A DNA stretch of 63,685 nucleotides, counting the filler, from Octopus bimaculoides (Eukaryota): assembly GCF_001194135.2 (NCBI RefSeq). It is 7 parts of 7 records of this genome, joined end to end, with 100 filler letters (N's around TTAATTAATTAA, not from the genome) between each part and the next. Parts side by side here need not be neighbours in the genome. Positions count along the whole stretch, not along the records: positions 32,485 to 37,331 come from NW_026426926.1; positions 37,432 to 47,040 come from NW_026363460.1; positions 47,141 to 51,013 come from NC_068989.1; 4 more parts are not named here. One strand, written 5' to 3'. This document shows positions 36,228 through 48,355 of this stretch, piece after piece. The position numbers and the translations under genes were made by a program. Each line of letters begins with the position of its first letter. The stretch's first letter is position 1. The notes beneath the pieces are model-generated. The model was given only the letters and a program-made list of their open reading frames with translations, was not told where the DNA came from and searched no databases.

Positions 36228-36775
36228 CTAGGATAGGTGTTGCATTAGAATCAGGTGTGTTCTCAGCGACAAGTAATTCGAGTACATAAAGCGTAAGAAA
36301 AACAGTAAGTCCTATGGCAATTTTTTCTCCACAATGACAAGGAAGCAGGAATGAAGCTAAAGTCATCACACACAACATCAGAGTTGGTGCGATGACAATA
36401 TAATCATAGTACAAAGACTTCCGGTCGATCTCAATTGTGAAATGAATCATGGGGTGCCATCCGTCACCAGGACAACAATCACTGTCGGCTGCAACGCGAG
36501 AAAGACTGACGTTCAGCAGAACAAATTCACTGTTCTCAACGTATTTTGATAGATCCGGCTTACTGGGTTCGTTAAAGAGGTTTAGTTGCTCTCCATCGTA
36601 AACCCATGACCCGAAGCGCACTGTACATTGTTGACTATCGTACGGAAAATAGGTAACATCTACAGAGCATGAAGATTTTATCATTAGTGGCACCATCCAA
36701 CGTACTCTTCCTGACGGCTTGATCATTATCTTACTTCCAGTCACGTTCACATAACCAGCATTGTTTTCTGACGCC
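36228..36775 (-). CDS. Large internal exon of a Cys-loop cation channel subunit, nAChR alpha9/10-like with atypical ligand site
   Basis: Acceptor tgtgttttgcag| (phase 2), donor CTAG|GTAAGT (phase 1), 548 nt open. It encodes the Cys loop CSVDVTYFPYDSQQC, loop B GSWVYDG, vicinal CC, M1, the GEK motif, M2 IAIGLTVFLTLYVLELLVAE and the M2-M3 loop ending PILG. Confidence 0.95.
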
Positions 36776-37298
36776 CTGCAAAACACAGATGAAATAATAT
36801 GGTGATACTATAAGCATTCGAAAATATACATTACAATATTATAAATATTACAAAGTCATAAGCGAGATGTATTTTGGACTGTTTCAGACATTGATTTAAT
36901 TTGCACACATACACACACACACAAACACATCATGTAAAACAAAGTCGAACGCAGGTATATGAAACACCATACAACATAAATTCTTGGTTTATATAAATTA
37001 TCTCCACCTCTGGAGGATGTGTCTCAATCACTAAATGGTAATTGGAAACAGCTTCATATGAAAAGGAAAGGGAATCTAAAGAATCAAGTGTTCTCCTAAA
37101 ATGTCACTCCATTAAAGAAAGGTGCAGGCTTATTGCCCCATTGTTAGATGATGGAGGAGGGTTTCACAATTTCTTGCTGGACAACCACACTGATGCTTTG
37201 TTATAGTGATCAAATATTTGTGTTCAAATAAGCTCATTCTCTCCATCAAATTGACATTGCTTGTACAGGTGCACAAGTTCCACATGTCAAACATTGAA

Positions 37299-37331
<33 letters not shown>

Positions 37332-37498
37332 NNNNNNNNNNNNNNNNNNNNNNNNNNNNNNNNNNNNNNNNNNNNTTAATTAATTAANNNNNNNNNNNNN
37401 NNNNNNNNNNNNNNNNNNNNNNNNNNNNNNNCTCTCTCACTCTTTCTTTCTCACTCTTTTTTTATTCTTTGTCTGTCTTTTAAGCTATATTACATTTA

Positions 37499-37892
37499 TT
37501 TGACGTGAGGGAGATTTAGCTATTATTTCCAGCAGATCTCACGCTGTCTCTCTCTAATCGTATGTCATTCTGTCTGCCCCTCTGACTTTCTGACTAACTG
37601 TCAGCCTCTGCCATTCAATGATTTGGGGCCAATTTGGCTGTTATTTCTAGCAGGTCTCATAGTAACTGAAACCCCTTAGTACTGTCACATCTTAAGCCTT
37701 CTTCCTCTATCTCTCTATCAGTACCTGTATCTATCTATCTATCATTCGATGATTTGTAGGAGATTTAGCTGTTATTTCTAGCAGGGGCCACGCCTTTTTT
37801 TATTCATGTATCTATCTATCTATCTAGCTACCCATCTCTGCCTACCATTCATTCAATGATCTGAAGGCAGTTTAGCAGTTATTTCTAGCAGG
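37499..37892 (+). repeat. Array of four copies of a conserved motif of about 43 bp separated by dissimilar spacers
   Basis: cattcaatgatttg-N6-8-atttagctgttatttctagcagg at about 37499 (partial), 37612, 37743 and 37850. Confidence 0.85.
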
Positions 37893-38287
37893 CCTTATAC
37901 GAAGTGAAACCTGAGGGTCATGTTACATCATACACCTACTTCTCTCACTCTCTCTCTCTCTCTCCCTCTCCCTCTCTATTTCTGTTTCTCACTCACCTCC
38001 TCTCATTCACACTCATGTCTCATCTTACTCGTTATTCGTTCGCTTGTCTCACTTCCATTTTCTCTCCATCTTTACATTATCTTTTCTTACCGCTCTCAGC
38101 CCCACCCCTTCCATTTTGTCTATCTTCCTCGCCTTTCTTCTTTCTTTTCTTTCTTCATTCCATTTTTCTCTCTATCCTTCATACATACATACATACATAC
38201 ATACATGCATATTTATAAACGCACCTGTATTTGTAAATATACATACATATTACATATACAGCACCATCATATACTCGCATATCGCAC

Positions 38288-38337
<50 letters not shown>

Positions 38338-38839
38338 GTGTGATGACTAGTTTTGTCCTTTCGTTGTAGGTGTGGGAAAAAGTGTAAACACTAGTTTTTG
38401 TATGCATATATAATGTAATATATTTACATATGACGTGCGTATATACACACACACATATACATACACACACACATACCCACCTACATATATACATATACTA
38501 TAATTACTTGGGTTCATATTTGTATGTGTTGTCGTTATTTAACCCTCGGTCATTCCCGACCTAACAATACTCTAAGTTCCCACCGTGACCATCCCGACTT
38601 ATTCTTCTTCTTGAAGCAGTTTATCTTGGATTACATTATCCGGTGTACTTTTGTTTAGCAAGACGATCATAGAATGATGGTTTGAGAATCGAGCAAGCTA
38701 GAAAGTATATAGGTCTATGTGGTACGTAGATCTGCTAGAAATAACAGCCAATATTCCTTCAAATCACAACTTCAAATCACCTCTTCACTGTGCCCGCTCC
38801 TTGTCTGTTATTCCGCTATAACAACATCTTCTAATCCTA

Positions 38840-39170
38840 TGGGCTAACTAATTATGCACCACACTCCTGACAGGTAAAGTCTCTCTCACCAACGAACTAC
38901 AGACTCTGGAACCCACAGTCGACGCTGTGTCCCTCCTCAGTCTGTCATACCACTACTGCAACATCCTCTGTTCCTATAAACTAACTTGTTATGTACTCGT
39001 TCACAAACGTACATCGATCTCTGATCAGAAGTCCACACTGTCCCCTCACTTTGTCTTTTATCGTTGGCCTTTTTCACCGTAGTAGACGGTATTACAGAGA
39101 TACTAATTTAACCACCTTTGCTGTAGCTGGGCTGTTTCCAGACAGAAACAAGTGCCGATCCCCAAATTCA
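38840..39170 (+). mobile_element. Ancient LINE RT C-terminal relic (similar relic at about 12620-12830)
   Basis: NELQTLEPTVDAVSLLSLSYHYCNILCSYKL resembles the LQPLSHRRDVASLSLFYRYY..CS.EL motif of CR1/L2-group RT C-termini. Confidence 0.4.
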
Positions 39171-39239
39171 CGTACCACCTCTCCACTCATGGATATACCA
39201 CGAAGGAATGACACGTTAATACATTGACAGTATCTATGG

Positions 39240-39690
39240 AACGGCAAGAGAGTCCGATGTTGGTTCAGTAACTGTACGTATTTGCCTTAGGGTCATTTAC
39301 TCCCGATTTTCTGTCAAGGTTTATCACCTTTGACTTTTTAAACACAATAAATTACCCCATTATGGTGGGTACAGTTTGTGCAGAGCCTCTTCCACTATCT
39401 CGTCCTGTAAATTTGTATTGGTTTGGTGCAACAAGTGGAGCGAGCCCAGTGGTTGTCAGGATACAGGAATTGTATGGAGTTGCTTTCTCTCAGATGAGCT
39501 GCCTCAGCTGCTCTAGGTCCTTTGGAATGCGAGTGAGTGACCTACTTCTCAATATGTGTATATGTATTTCCTGTCTAACAGTCTGACGACATGTTTGCTC
39601 ACCATGCTGGGCCTATAGGGTACATCTACTGGCTGGTTGCATCTGTAGTGTGATGTCATGCGTTGCCGAAAATTGAAACATATCTAACAA
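39240..39690 (-). mobile_element. Decayed LINE ORF1/ORF2-junction-like relic, related to 62990-63250 (+)
   Basis: Shares the exact 23-mer gtattggtttggtgcaacaagtg (HLLHQTNT) with rc 63123-63145. Degenerate Cys/His spacing lies upstream. Confidence 0.4.
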
Positions 39691-39922
39691 TTGAAATACA
39701 AGTCAAGAACCATGTTCTTTTCTGCAATCATAAATAAAGCAGTGCTTTGAGAGCCACTCACCCGATGACGTGCGAGTACACAGTTACTGCTGAATCATAT
39801 TTATATAATATTTGTATGATGAAATGCATAACATTGAGAACTCAGCATCTAGCAGGTGTTACTAATGCACAGAAACGATTGTTGTGATTTGTGATTAAAG
39901 CCTGTTCATTCCATCCTCTTGT

Positions 39923-39983
<61 letters not shown>

Positions 39984-40181
39984 TAGAATCCCAAAACACC
40001 TTTCCAAGATCAAAGAAAACTAACTCAACTCCAGATTCCTTTTTCCAGCTAACTTATAGACTGAAGGTATGAATTTCCTGTAAAAGAAAACGAAAACATT
40101 CCCGATGAATCCTTCAAAGAAACGAAAGTGCAAGCATATATNNNNNNNNNNNNNNNNNNNNNNNNNNNNNNNNNNNNNNNN

Positions 40182-40213
<32 letters not shown>

Positions 40214-41264
40214 TCTCCTTAAAACCATCTCGGACGTCTACGGATTTTAAAGATCATTATTGTCTTTTAAGGGACTTAGAGACGTACTTAAATGTATCTG
40301 TTTCCATTTGTTGTGTCTGCTGCTTGTTGAGTGTTTTCTCTGTTGTGTCTGCTCTTTGTCGAAGTGTTAAATCAATTATGACAACAGCCTCTATTTCCTT
40401 TCTTTAATTCCTACATTACCCTCACTTCGAGAAAATAAAGCGCCAATCAGATGCTTGCTAGAACTCTTAACTCCCTGCAGGTGTTACGCCTGGGATTTTA
40501 CGCTGGGTCAAGGACAGGAGAACGGAGCCGGTCTCTATGACTGTTCGCGACGAAAGGGTCACCTGGAAAATGCATTAGTGAAAGAGGCATGGTGCATCCT
40601 GTATCATGTGATCGTTTACCGTTTATTTCTTATTAGTTTCGGTGCGCTTCGTCTTAGGATTAAATGCCCAAGTGACAACCTGGATAAGCTAGGTTTACCA
40701 GTAACAGTAATCAACCAACTGTGTCGCACATTAGAAATGCAATCTCTAAGTGGAACAATAAAAATGTGGAAAACTTCTTACAAGTATAAAATATGGTGTG
40801 TTTATGCATGGACGTATCTCAAAGACACACGCTCACTAAAAAGTACAAGTGTCTGCGGAGTACTTGACCAGATGTACAGCTAACTCTACCGGAGTGTTTC
40901 ACAGTCATCGAAAATATAGCTGCGAGATACTCAACCATGAACAGCACTATATAATGCTGTAAGGGGGTAGAGCCGATTTCGTTACTGTTGTTGTTTTTGT
41001 TGTGTGTATGTGTCATTGTTGGTTGGTCCCAGGTTAGCGACTTATGATCGAAAGCATTCCAACCGTGACCGTCCCTGAATGCTCACCACTGGAAACCGTG
41101 GAAGATCGACTTTGTTGTTGTTTTAATTTTTTTTTGTTTTTGTTTCCATTTGAAGAAATTAGCGACGAGACGATGATGACGATGATGACGATCGTGGTGG
41201 TGGTGGTGGGGAGGAGAATGACGACGATGGCGTTTGTGACAATGACGTCGATGATAACAACACA

Positions 41265-41311
<47 letters not shown>

Positions 41312-41612
41312 CGATGACGATGATTTGGTGTTGGTAAATTGATGAGGAATAGTTACGATGGTCATGATGTAGGTTTGGAACTGATGTCGCAGTCGTGGAA
41401 AAATGTTGCCGTCGTTGTTGTTGTTGTTGTTGTTATTCCTAGTCTTGATCCTTGTTGTTGTTGTTGTTGTTGTCGCTATTGATGTTGTTATTGTTACGAT
41501 CAATTCAGCTGCTGAACTAGCTAGCACTCCTATCGTTAAAAGGGTTCCATTAGAGACCATCCCATCTCCCACCACCACACACTAATATATGTATGTATGT
41601 ATGCATGTATGC

Positions 41613-41648
<36 letters not shown>

Positions 41649-42742
41649 CAAACATACGTACATTAAAATACCTGTACACATACACACTCGAAAATATAAA
41701 TATACCTATGCATAAATATGCGGATGCACGTGTGTGTGNNNNNNNNNNNNNNNNNNNNNNNNNNNNNNNNNNNNNNNNNNNNNNNNNNNNNNNNNNNNNN
41801 NNNNNNNNNNNNNNNNNNNNNNNNNNNNNNNNNNNNNNNNNNNNNNNNNNNNNNNNNNNNNNNNNNNNNNNNNNNNNNNNNNNNNNNNNNNNNNNNNNNN
41901 NNNNNNNNNNNNNNNNNNNNNNNNNNNNNNNNNNNNNNNNNNNNNNNNNNNNNNNNNNNNNNNNNNNNNNNNNNNNNNNNNNNNNNNNNNNNNNNNNNNN
42001 NNNNNNNNNNNNNNNNNNNNNNNNNNNNNNNNNNNNNNNNNNNNNNNNNNNNNNNNNNNNNNNNNNNNNNNNNNNNNNNNNNNNNNNNNNNNNNNNNNNN
42101 NNNNNNNNNNNNNNNNNNNNNNNNNNNNNNNNNNNNNNNNNNNNNNNNNNNNNNNNNNNNNNNNNNNNNNNNNNNNNNNNNNNNNNNNNNNNNNNNNNNN
42201 NNNNNNNNNNNNNNNNNNNNNNNNNNNNNNNNNNNNNNNNNNNNNNNNNNNNNNNNNNNNNNNNNNNNNNNNNNNNNNNNNNNNNNNNNNNNNNNNNNNN
42301 NNNNNNNNNNNNNNNNNNNNNNNNNNNNNNNNNNNNNNNNNNNNNNNNNNNNNNNNNNNNNNNNNNNNNNNNNNNNNNNNNNNNNNNNNNNNNNNNNNNN
42401 NNNNNNNNNNNNNNNNNNNNNNNNNNNNNNNNNNNNNNNNNNNNNNNNNNNNNNNNNNNNNNNNNNNNNNNNNNNNNNNNNNNNNNNNNNNNNNNNNNNN
42501 NNNNNNNNNNNNNNNNNNNNNNNNNNNNNNNNNNNNNNNNNNNNNNNNNNNNNNNNNNNNNNNNNNNNNNNNNNNNNNNNNNNNNNNNNNNNNNNNNNNN
42601 NNNNNNNNNNNNNNNNNNNNNNNNNNNNNNNNNNNNNNNNNNNNNNNNNNNNNNNNNNNNNNNNNNNNNNNNNNNNNNNNNNNNNNNNNNNNNNNNNNNN
42701 NNNNNNNNNATATTTAAATATATATGTGTGTACATATATGTA

Positions 42743-42799
<57 letters not shown>

Positions 42800-42808
42800 A
42801 TCTATCTT

Positions 42809-42861
<53 letters not shown>

Positions 42862-43064
42862 TCGGATTTTGTCTCCGTTAATGAGGGGGAGAGTGCAGAT
42901 CTACCTCAATGCCATAGCAACCGGGGTAGTCAGGTGTAGCCCAGCCCAACCATTGGGCTGGCTTGTGTTCATTCTCCTTTGCTATCATGAGGCTTTTTGG
43001 GAGCTGGATTTTCTACGGGGAGCATGCCCTTGTTTACCCCCAACCTTAGTTTCTAGACATGAGT

Positions 43065-43116
<52 letters not shown>

Positions 43117-46100
43117 GACACACACATGTTTGTATGTAATTGCATAGATATAGATATATATAAGTGAGCTGTTCGTCATCTCACCGCATACTTTGAAACC
43201 CAACCATGCCCAACCAACCGTGGATTTTCAATTTACACCTGCCGCTCTTTTGACTACGTTCACAATCACGACACAACACCTGTATACATCTATCACTCTA
43301 ATTGGTTTTATATACCCACACATACACACAACCATACGTGCATATATAAATATATACTTACATATATACACACATATAAACATGCATGCATACTTGTATA
43401 CATACATACATATTAATACATATACGTATATACATACATACATCCATATATGTGTATTTTTACATATATGTGTGTATGTGTGTGCACGTACATACATACA
43501 CAGTTATCTGCATATATATATATATAAATGGAGCAAAAACGCAATAGAGGGCATTAAAACGTTCNNNNNNNNNNNNNNNNNNNNNNNNNNNNNNNNNNNN
43601 NNNNNNNNNNNNNNNNNNNNNNNNNNNNNNNNNNNNNNNNNNNNNNNNNNNNNNNNNNNNNNNNNNNNNNNNNNNNNNNNNNNNNNNNNNNNNNNNNNNN
43701 NNNNNNNNNNNNNNNNNNNNNNNNNNNNNNNNNNNNNNNNNNNNNNNNNNNNNNNNNNNNNNNNNNNNNNNNNNNNNNNNNNNNNNNNNNNNNNNNNNNN
43801 NNNNNNNNNNNNNNNNNNNNNNNNNNNNNNNNNNNNNNNNNNNNNNNNNNNNNNNNNNNNNNNNNNNNNNNNNNNNNNNNNNNNNNNNNNNNNNNNNNNN
43901 NNNNNNNNNNNNNNNNNNNNNNNNNNNNNNNNNNNNNNNNNNNNNNNNNNNNNNNNNNNNNNNNNNNNNNNNNNNNNNNNNNNNNNNNNNNNNNNNNNNN
44001 NNNNNNNNNNNNNNNNNNNNNNNNNNNNNNNNNNNNNNNNNNNNNNNNNNNNNNNNNNNNNNNNNNNNNNNNNNNNNNNNNNNNNNNNNNNNNNNNNNNN
44101 NNNNNNNNNNNNNNNNNNNNNNNNNNNNNNNNNNNNNNNNNNNNNNNNNNNNNNNNNNNNNNNNNNNNNNNNNNNNNNNNNNNNNNNNNNNNNNNNNNNN
44201 NNNNNNNNNNNNNNNNNNNNNNNNNNNNNNNNNNNNNNNNNNNNNNNNNNNNNNNNNNNNNNNNNNNNNNNNNNNNNNNNNNNNNNNNNNNNNNNNNNNN
44301 NNNNNNNNNNNNNNNNNNNNNNNNNNNNNNNNNNNNNNNNNNNNNNNNNNNNNNNNNNNNNNNNNNNNNNNNNNNNNNNNNNNNNNNNNNNNNNNNNNNN
44401 NNNNNNNNNNNNNNNNNNNNNNNNNNNNNNNNTAAAATTTCTTTCAAGACATTTCAATTTCTGAACAAGTCGAAAGATATATTTTTTCAACATGTAAATC
44501 CTGAACTACATATATAAAGGGTAAAATCCTTTTAAGAGCAGAAAAAATCTGACGATTAACTAAATTAGCATGGAATAATAGTTTCATATTTTTTTTTATA
44601 ATTAAGATCTAAACTGTTAATATATGAATGCGAAAGAGATAGTTGAATAACTGTAAACCTACTTTTGGGTCACCCTGTACACACACACAGATATATATAT
44701 ATATAAATGGAGCAAAAACGCAATAGAGGGCATTAAAACGTTCGGACAGGTAGACGATACAAAGGACGGGTCATTCTTGGCTTTCTTTCATCAGTCAAGT
44801 CCCAGAAGTCACGACAATTTCGGACAGTTACACATGAGATGGTTCGATCTGGTCGCCTCCCAAAAAAGTCTAAGCTAAGCTAAGAGCATTAGACCCGTTT
44901 GTAAGAAAGCTAGCGAATGTGTACGGCAACAAAGACAAAATAAACAAATCAACAAACAAACAAAAAAAAACAGAGAACATGGTACACAATTACGAATACA
45001 AACAACAAGAAATAACAACAGGCGTCTTTCGACTGTAAACCAACACATTCGACGCTTCCAAAGTATGTTTGTTTTCTCAGCTACACCTCGACCGAAATTT
45101 ACATTTTTGTCTGTAACATACATGCATATAAAAGGTTGAACATGTGGAATATAGACTACAATTGGTTCATAACAAGCTGAAGCTCATGACGTATGCAGAA
45201 ACGAGTACAAGACAGCTGCGCTAATCTTCAGTCCTTAGTTTCCTCCACGAAGCTTACATTGTCGCAAGAAGTAAACAAAACAATTACTTTGGATACAAAC
45301 ATACATACATAGATACATACACACATATACACATACATATATATATGTATATGTATGTATGTATGTATATATNNNNNNNNNNNNNNNNNNNNNNNNNNNN
45401 NNNNNNNNNNNNNNNNNNNNNNNNNNNNNNNNNNNNNNNNNNNNNNNNNNNNNNNNNNNNNNNNNNNNNNNNNNNNNNNNNNNNNNNNNNNNNNNNNNNN
45501 NNNNNNNNNNNNNNNNNNNNNNNNNNNNNNNNNNNNNNNNNNNNNNNNNNNNNNNNNNNNNNNNNNNNNNNNNNNNNNNNNNNNNNNNNNNNNNNNNNNN
45601 NNNNNNNNNNNNNNNNNNNNNNNNNNNNNNNNNNNNNNNNNNNNNNNNNNNNNNNNNNNNNNNNNNNNNNNNNNNNNNNNNNNNNNNNNNNNNNNNNNNN
45701 NNNNNNNNNNNNNNNNNNNNNNNNNNNNNNNNNNNNNNNNNNNNNNNNNNNNNNNNNNNNNNNNNNNNNNNNNNNNNNNNNNNNNNNNNNNNNNNNNNNN
45801 NNNNNNNNNNNNNNNNNNNNNNNNNNNNNNNNNNNNNNNNNNNNNNNNNNNNNNNNNNNNNNNNNNNNNNNNNNNNNNNNNNNNNNNNNNNNNNNNNNNN
45901 NNNNNNNNNNNNNNNNNNNNNNNNNNNNNNNNNNNNNNNNNNNNNNNNNNNNNNNNNNNNNNNNNNNNNNNNNNNNNNNNNNNNNNNNNNNNNNNNNNNN
46001 NNNNNNNNNNNNNNNNNNNNNNNNNNNNNNNNNNNNNNNNNNNNNNNNNNNNNNNNNNNNNNNNNNNNNNNNNNNNNNNNNNNNNNNNNNNNNNNNNNNN

Positions 46101-46435
46101 NNNNNNNNNNNNNNNNNNNNNNNNNNNNNNNNNNNNNNNNNNNNNNNNNNNNNNNNNNNNNNNNNNNNNNNNNNNNNNNNNNNNNNNNNNNNNNNNNNNN
46201 NNNNNNNNNNNNNNNNNNNNNNNNNNNNNNNNNNNNNNNNNNNNCCTCATGTGAGAAAAGTTGGCAACCCTTGGTTTCGACCTCTCTTTCTCTCATGAAA
46301 AAAAACCTTCTGACATAACACCCGACCTGTTGAGAAACCAAATAATACAGAAGCGTTTCTTTCTGTACTGCTTGACTTTGCAGTGTTATCGGGGTTGTTA
46401 CAGGCTTCAAATTTCAGCACGGTATTGCTCACAGC

Positions 46436-46704
46436 CAGTTGTTTTCAAACATGTTTTATGAATGGAGCCCCTCTGTTTCCTATTGTACATTACTGGACCC
46501 TAACGGATATTCGATGTTCAAAAAAATCCTATCTTTGTTATTAAATACTATTAAGAATTGTATATGAAAAATTGTTAAAATAATTTATGCCTTGTAGAAG
46601 TACAGCTAATTTATTGCACTTGAATTTTAACAAAATCTTAAATTGACCCCCAAAAGGTCATGTGGACCCCCACAGGTCATGTGGGCCCTGGTGGAGACAC
46701 ACTG
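46436..46704. mobile_element. Degenerate hAT (Charlie-like) MITE
   Basis: Ends are cagttgttttcaaac and ggtggagacacactg, with subterminal ggtcatgtggaccccc repeats. No clean 8-bp TSD. Confidence 0.35.
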
Positions 46705-47140
46705 ATCTAGAATAAAATAATTTGTGAGTGATGGTGATAATTTTCTACAAGCTGACAGCAGCCATGTATATATGTGTGTATGTATATATGTGTGTATGTA
46801 TGCATGTATGTATATATGTGTGTATGTATGTATATATGTGTGTATGTATGTATGTTTTTCTCCTATTTTTAATTATTTGAAGTCTTCCTGTAATGACGAA
46901 GCGGGTTCTTCACAAAGATACAAAGCGCCATCTTTGAAAACAAATTCACATTTTGAAAATAAGAAAAGTTTTGCATTTCTTTATTGTTCCTCTTACAGAC
47001 TATATTTGTAATCTGCGAGTTAGTTATACGAATTCTTTTTNNNNNNNNNNNNNNNNNNNNNNNNNNNNNNNNNNNNNNNNNNNNTTAATTAATTAANNNN
47101 NNNNNNNNNNNNNNNNNNNNNNNNNNNNNNNNNNNNNNNN

Positions 47141-47430
47141 CCTAGCTCCTGATAAAAGGGATTACCCTGCTATGTATAATCAGGGCAGCGCAAAAAGTTG
47201 TTTTTCACAAGCATTTCTATAGCCAATTACACGGATGAAATTTATGTATGCTTAATAATTTTACGCAAAACAGCCTTCAGACTTTACCTATTAATTTCAT
47301 CGTCTTTTGAATTATGAACATATTTACATCATAAGGGTTTTTTCGTTGTAAGGCTTTCTTTTTTAGTTGATTTTCAGCTAGCAAGACTTATCGTAGATGG
47401 CATAATAAGTCACACCCGGACAAGGTCGGG
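47141..47430 (-). mobile_element. Helitron-like element fragment
   Basis: Minus strand begins TTACTAGCAGTATAACCCGACCTTGTCCGGGT (terminal hairpin) and runs into a gap. Confidence 0.45.
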
Positions 47431-48129
47431 TTATACTGCTAGTAAGAAAATAAAAACGTCTTTGAAGTAATTTTTTTTTCTAACTCGGAGTTTACTGTGC
47501 GTAAAGGTTACAAAAGATTTTCTAATACAGTATATAATATATATTTATATACAGTAAAGAATGTAAGCAACAAAGTCTTGCTTCTTATTTCGTCTGATTT
47601 ATGAGGAGTGGATCGGAAAATTTTACTTATTCATTTATTTATCTATTAGTTCTACCGTTATCTTTTTATTTTTTACTTGCTTCAGTCATTGGACTGCGCC
47701 CGCTTTGAAGTGTGTGATCGAACAAATTGACCTAATACTTAATTTTTTTTTTTTAAGTCTGATTCTTATCCTATCGATATCTTTTGCTGAACTGCTAGAT
47801 TACGCAGGCGTGAAGAAACCATTGTGCGTGACTGTGTACTTCGTCTCCTTATTATTGCGTTTAATTCACTAATACTCATGCACTAATATATGCACATATA
47901 AAAATGTATGCCTAGTGTGTGTGTGTGTGTGTGTGTGCGCGTGTGTGTGTGTGTGTGAGTGTGTGTGTGTATGTGTGTTTGTGTTCGTGCATGTGTGTGT
48001 GCGCGCCTGTGTGTTTAATATATATATATTTATTTGTTGGTTTTTATTTCCATATTTCCAACTTTATCATCAAAAGTGAAGGGGATTTACACATTTATTT
48101 TACTATGTTTTTTAGCATGTCTTTTCAAA

Positions 48130-48355
48130 AATCATTTTAAAAATATATTTATGTTTCTGAGCTCGACATCTGGGTGTAATTTGTAAAAAAAAAAGGGGGG
48201 AGGGGCAGAAATGCCGAAATGCCGAAAATTGACGTATAAACTCGTTTGTGGCTGTTTTTCAAATAATATGTTTTGGATAAGTTTACTCGTCGCTCTCTGA
48301 AAAAGACAAATTGAGTGAAGACGAGTTAACTCGTCTTTGCTGGGTAAGGGGTTAA
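48130..48355. mobile_element. One end of a piggyBac-like element
   Basis: ...gctgggtaaggggTTAA end with the perfect 20-bp palindrome aagacgagttaactcgtctt at 48318-48337. The other end was not found. Confidence 0.5.

Noticed and set aside
37499-37892. CRISPR array
   Set aside because: Eukaryotic context, no cas genes, imperfect repeats and low-complexity spacers. The motif is a dispersed repeat end, reported as a finding instead.
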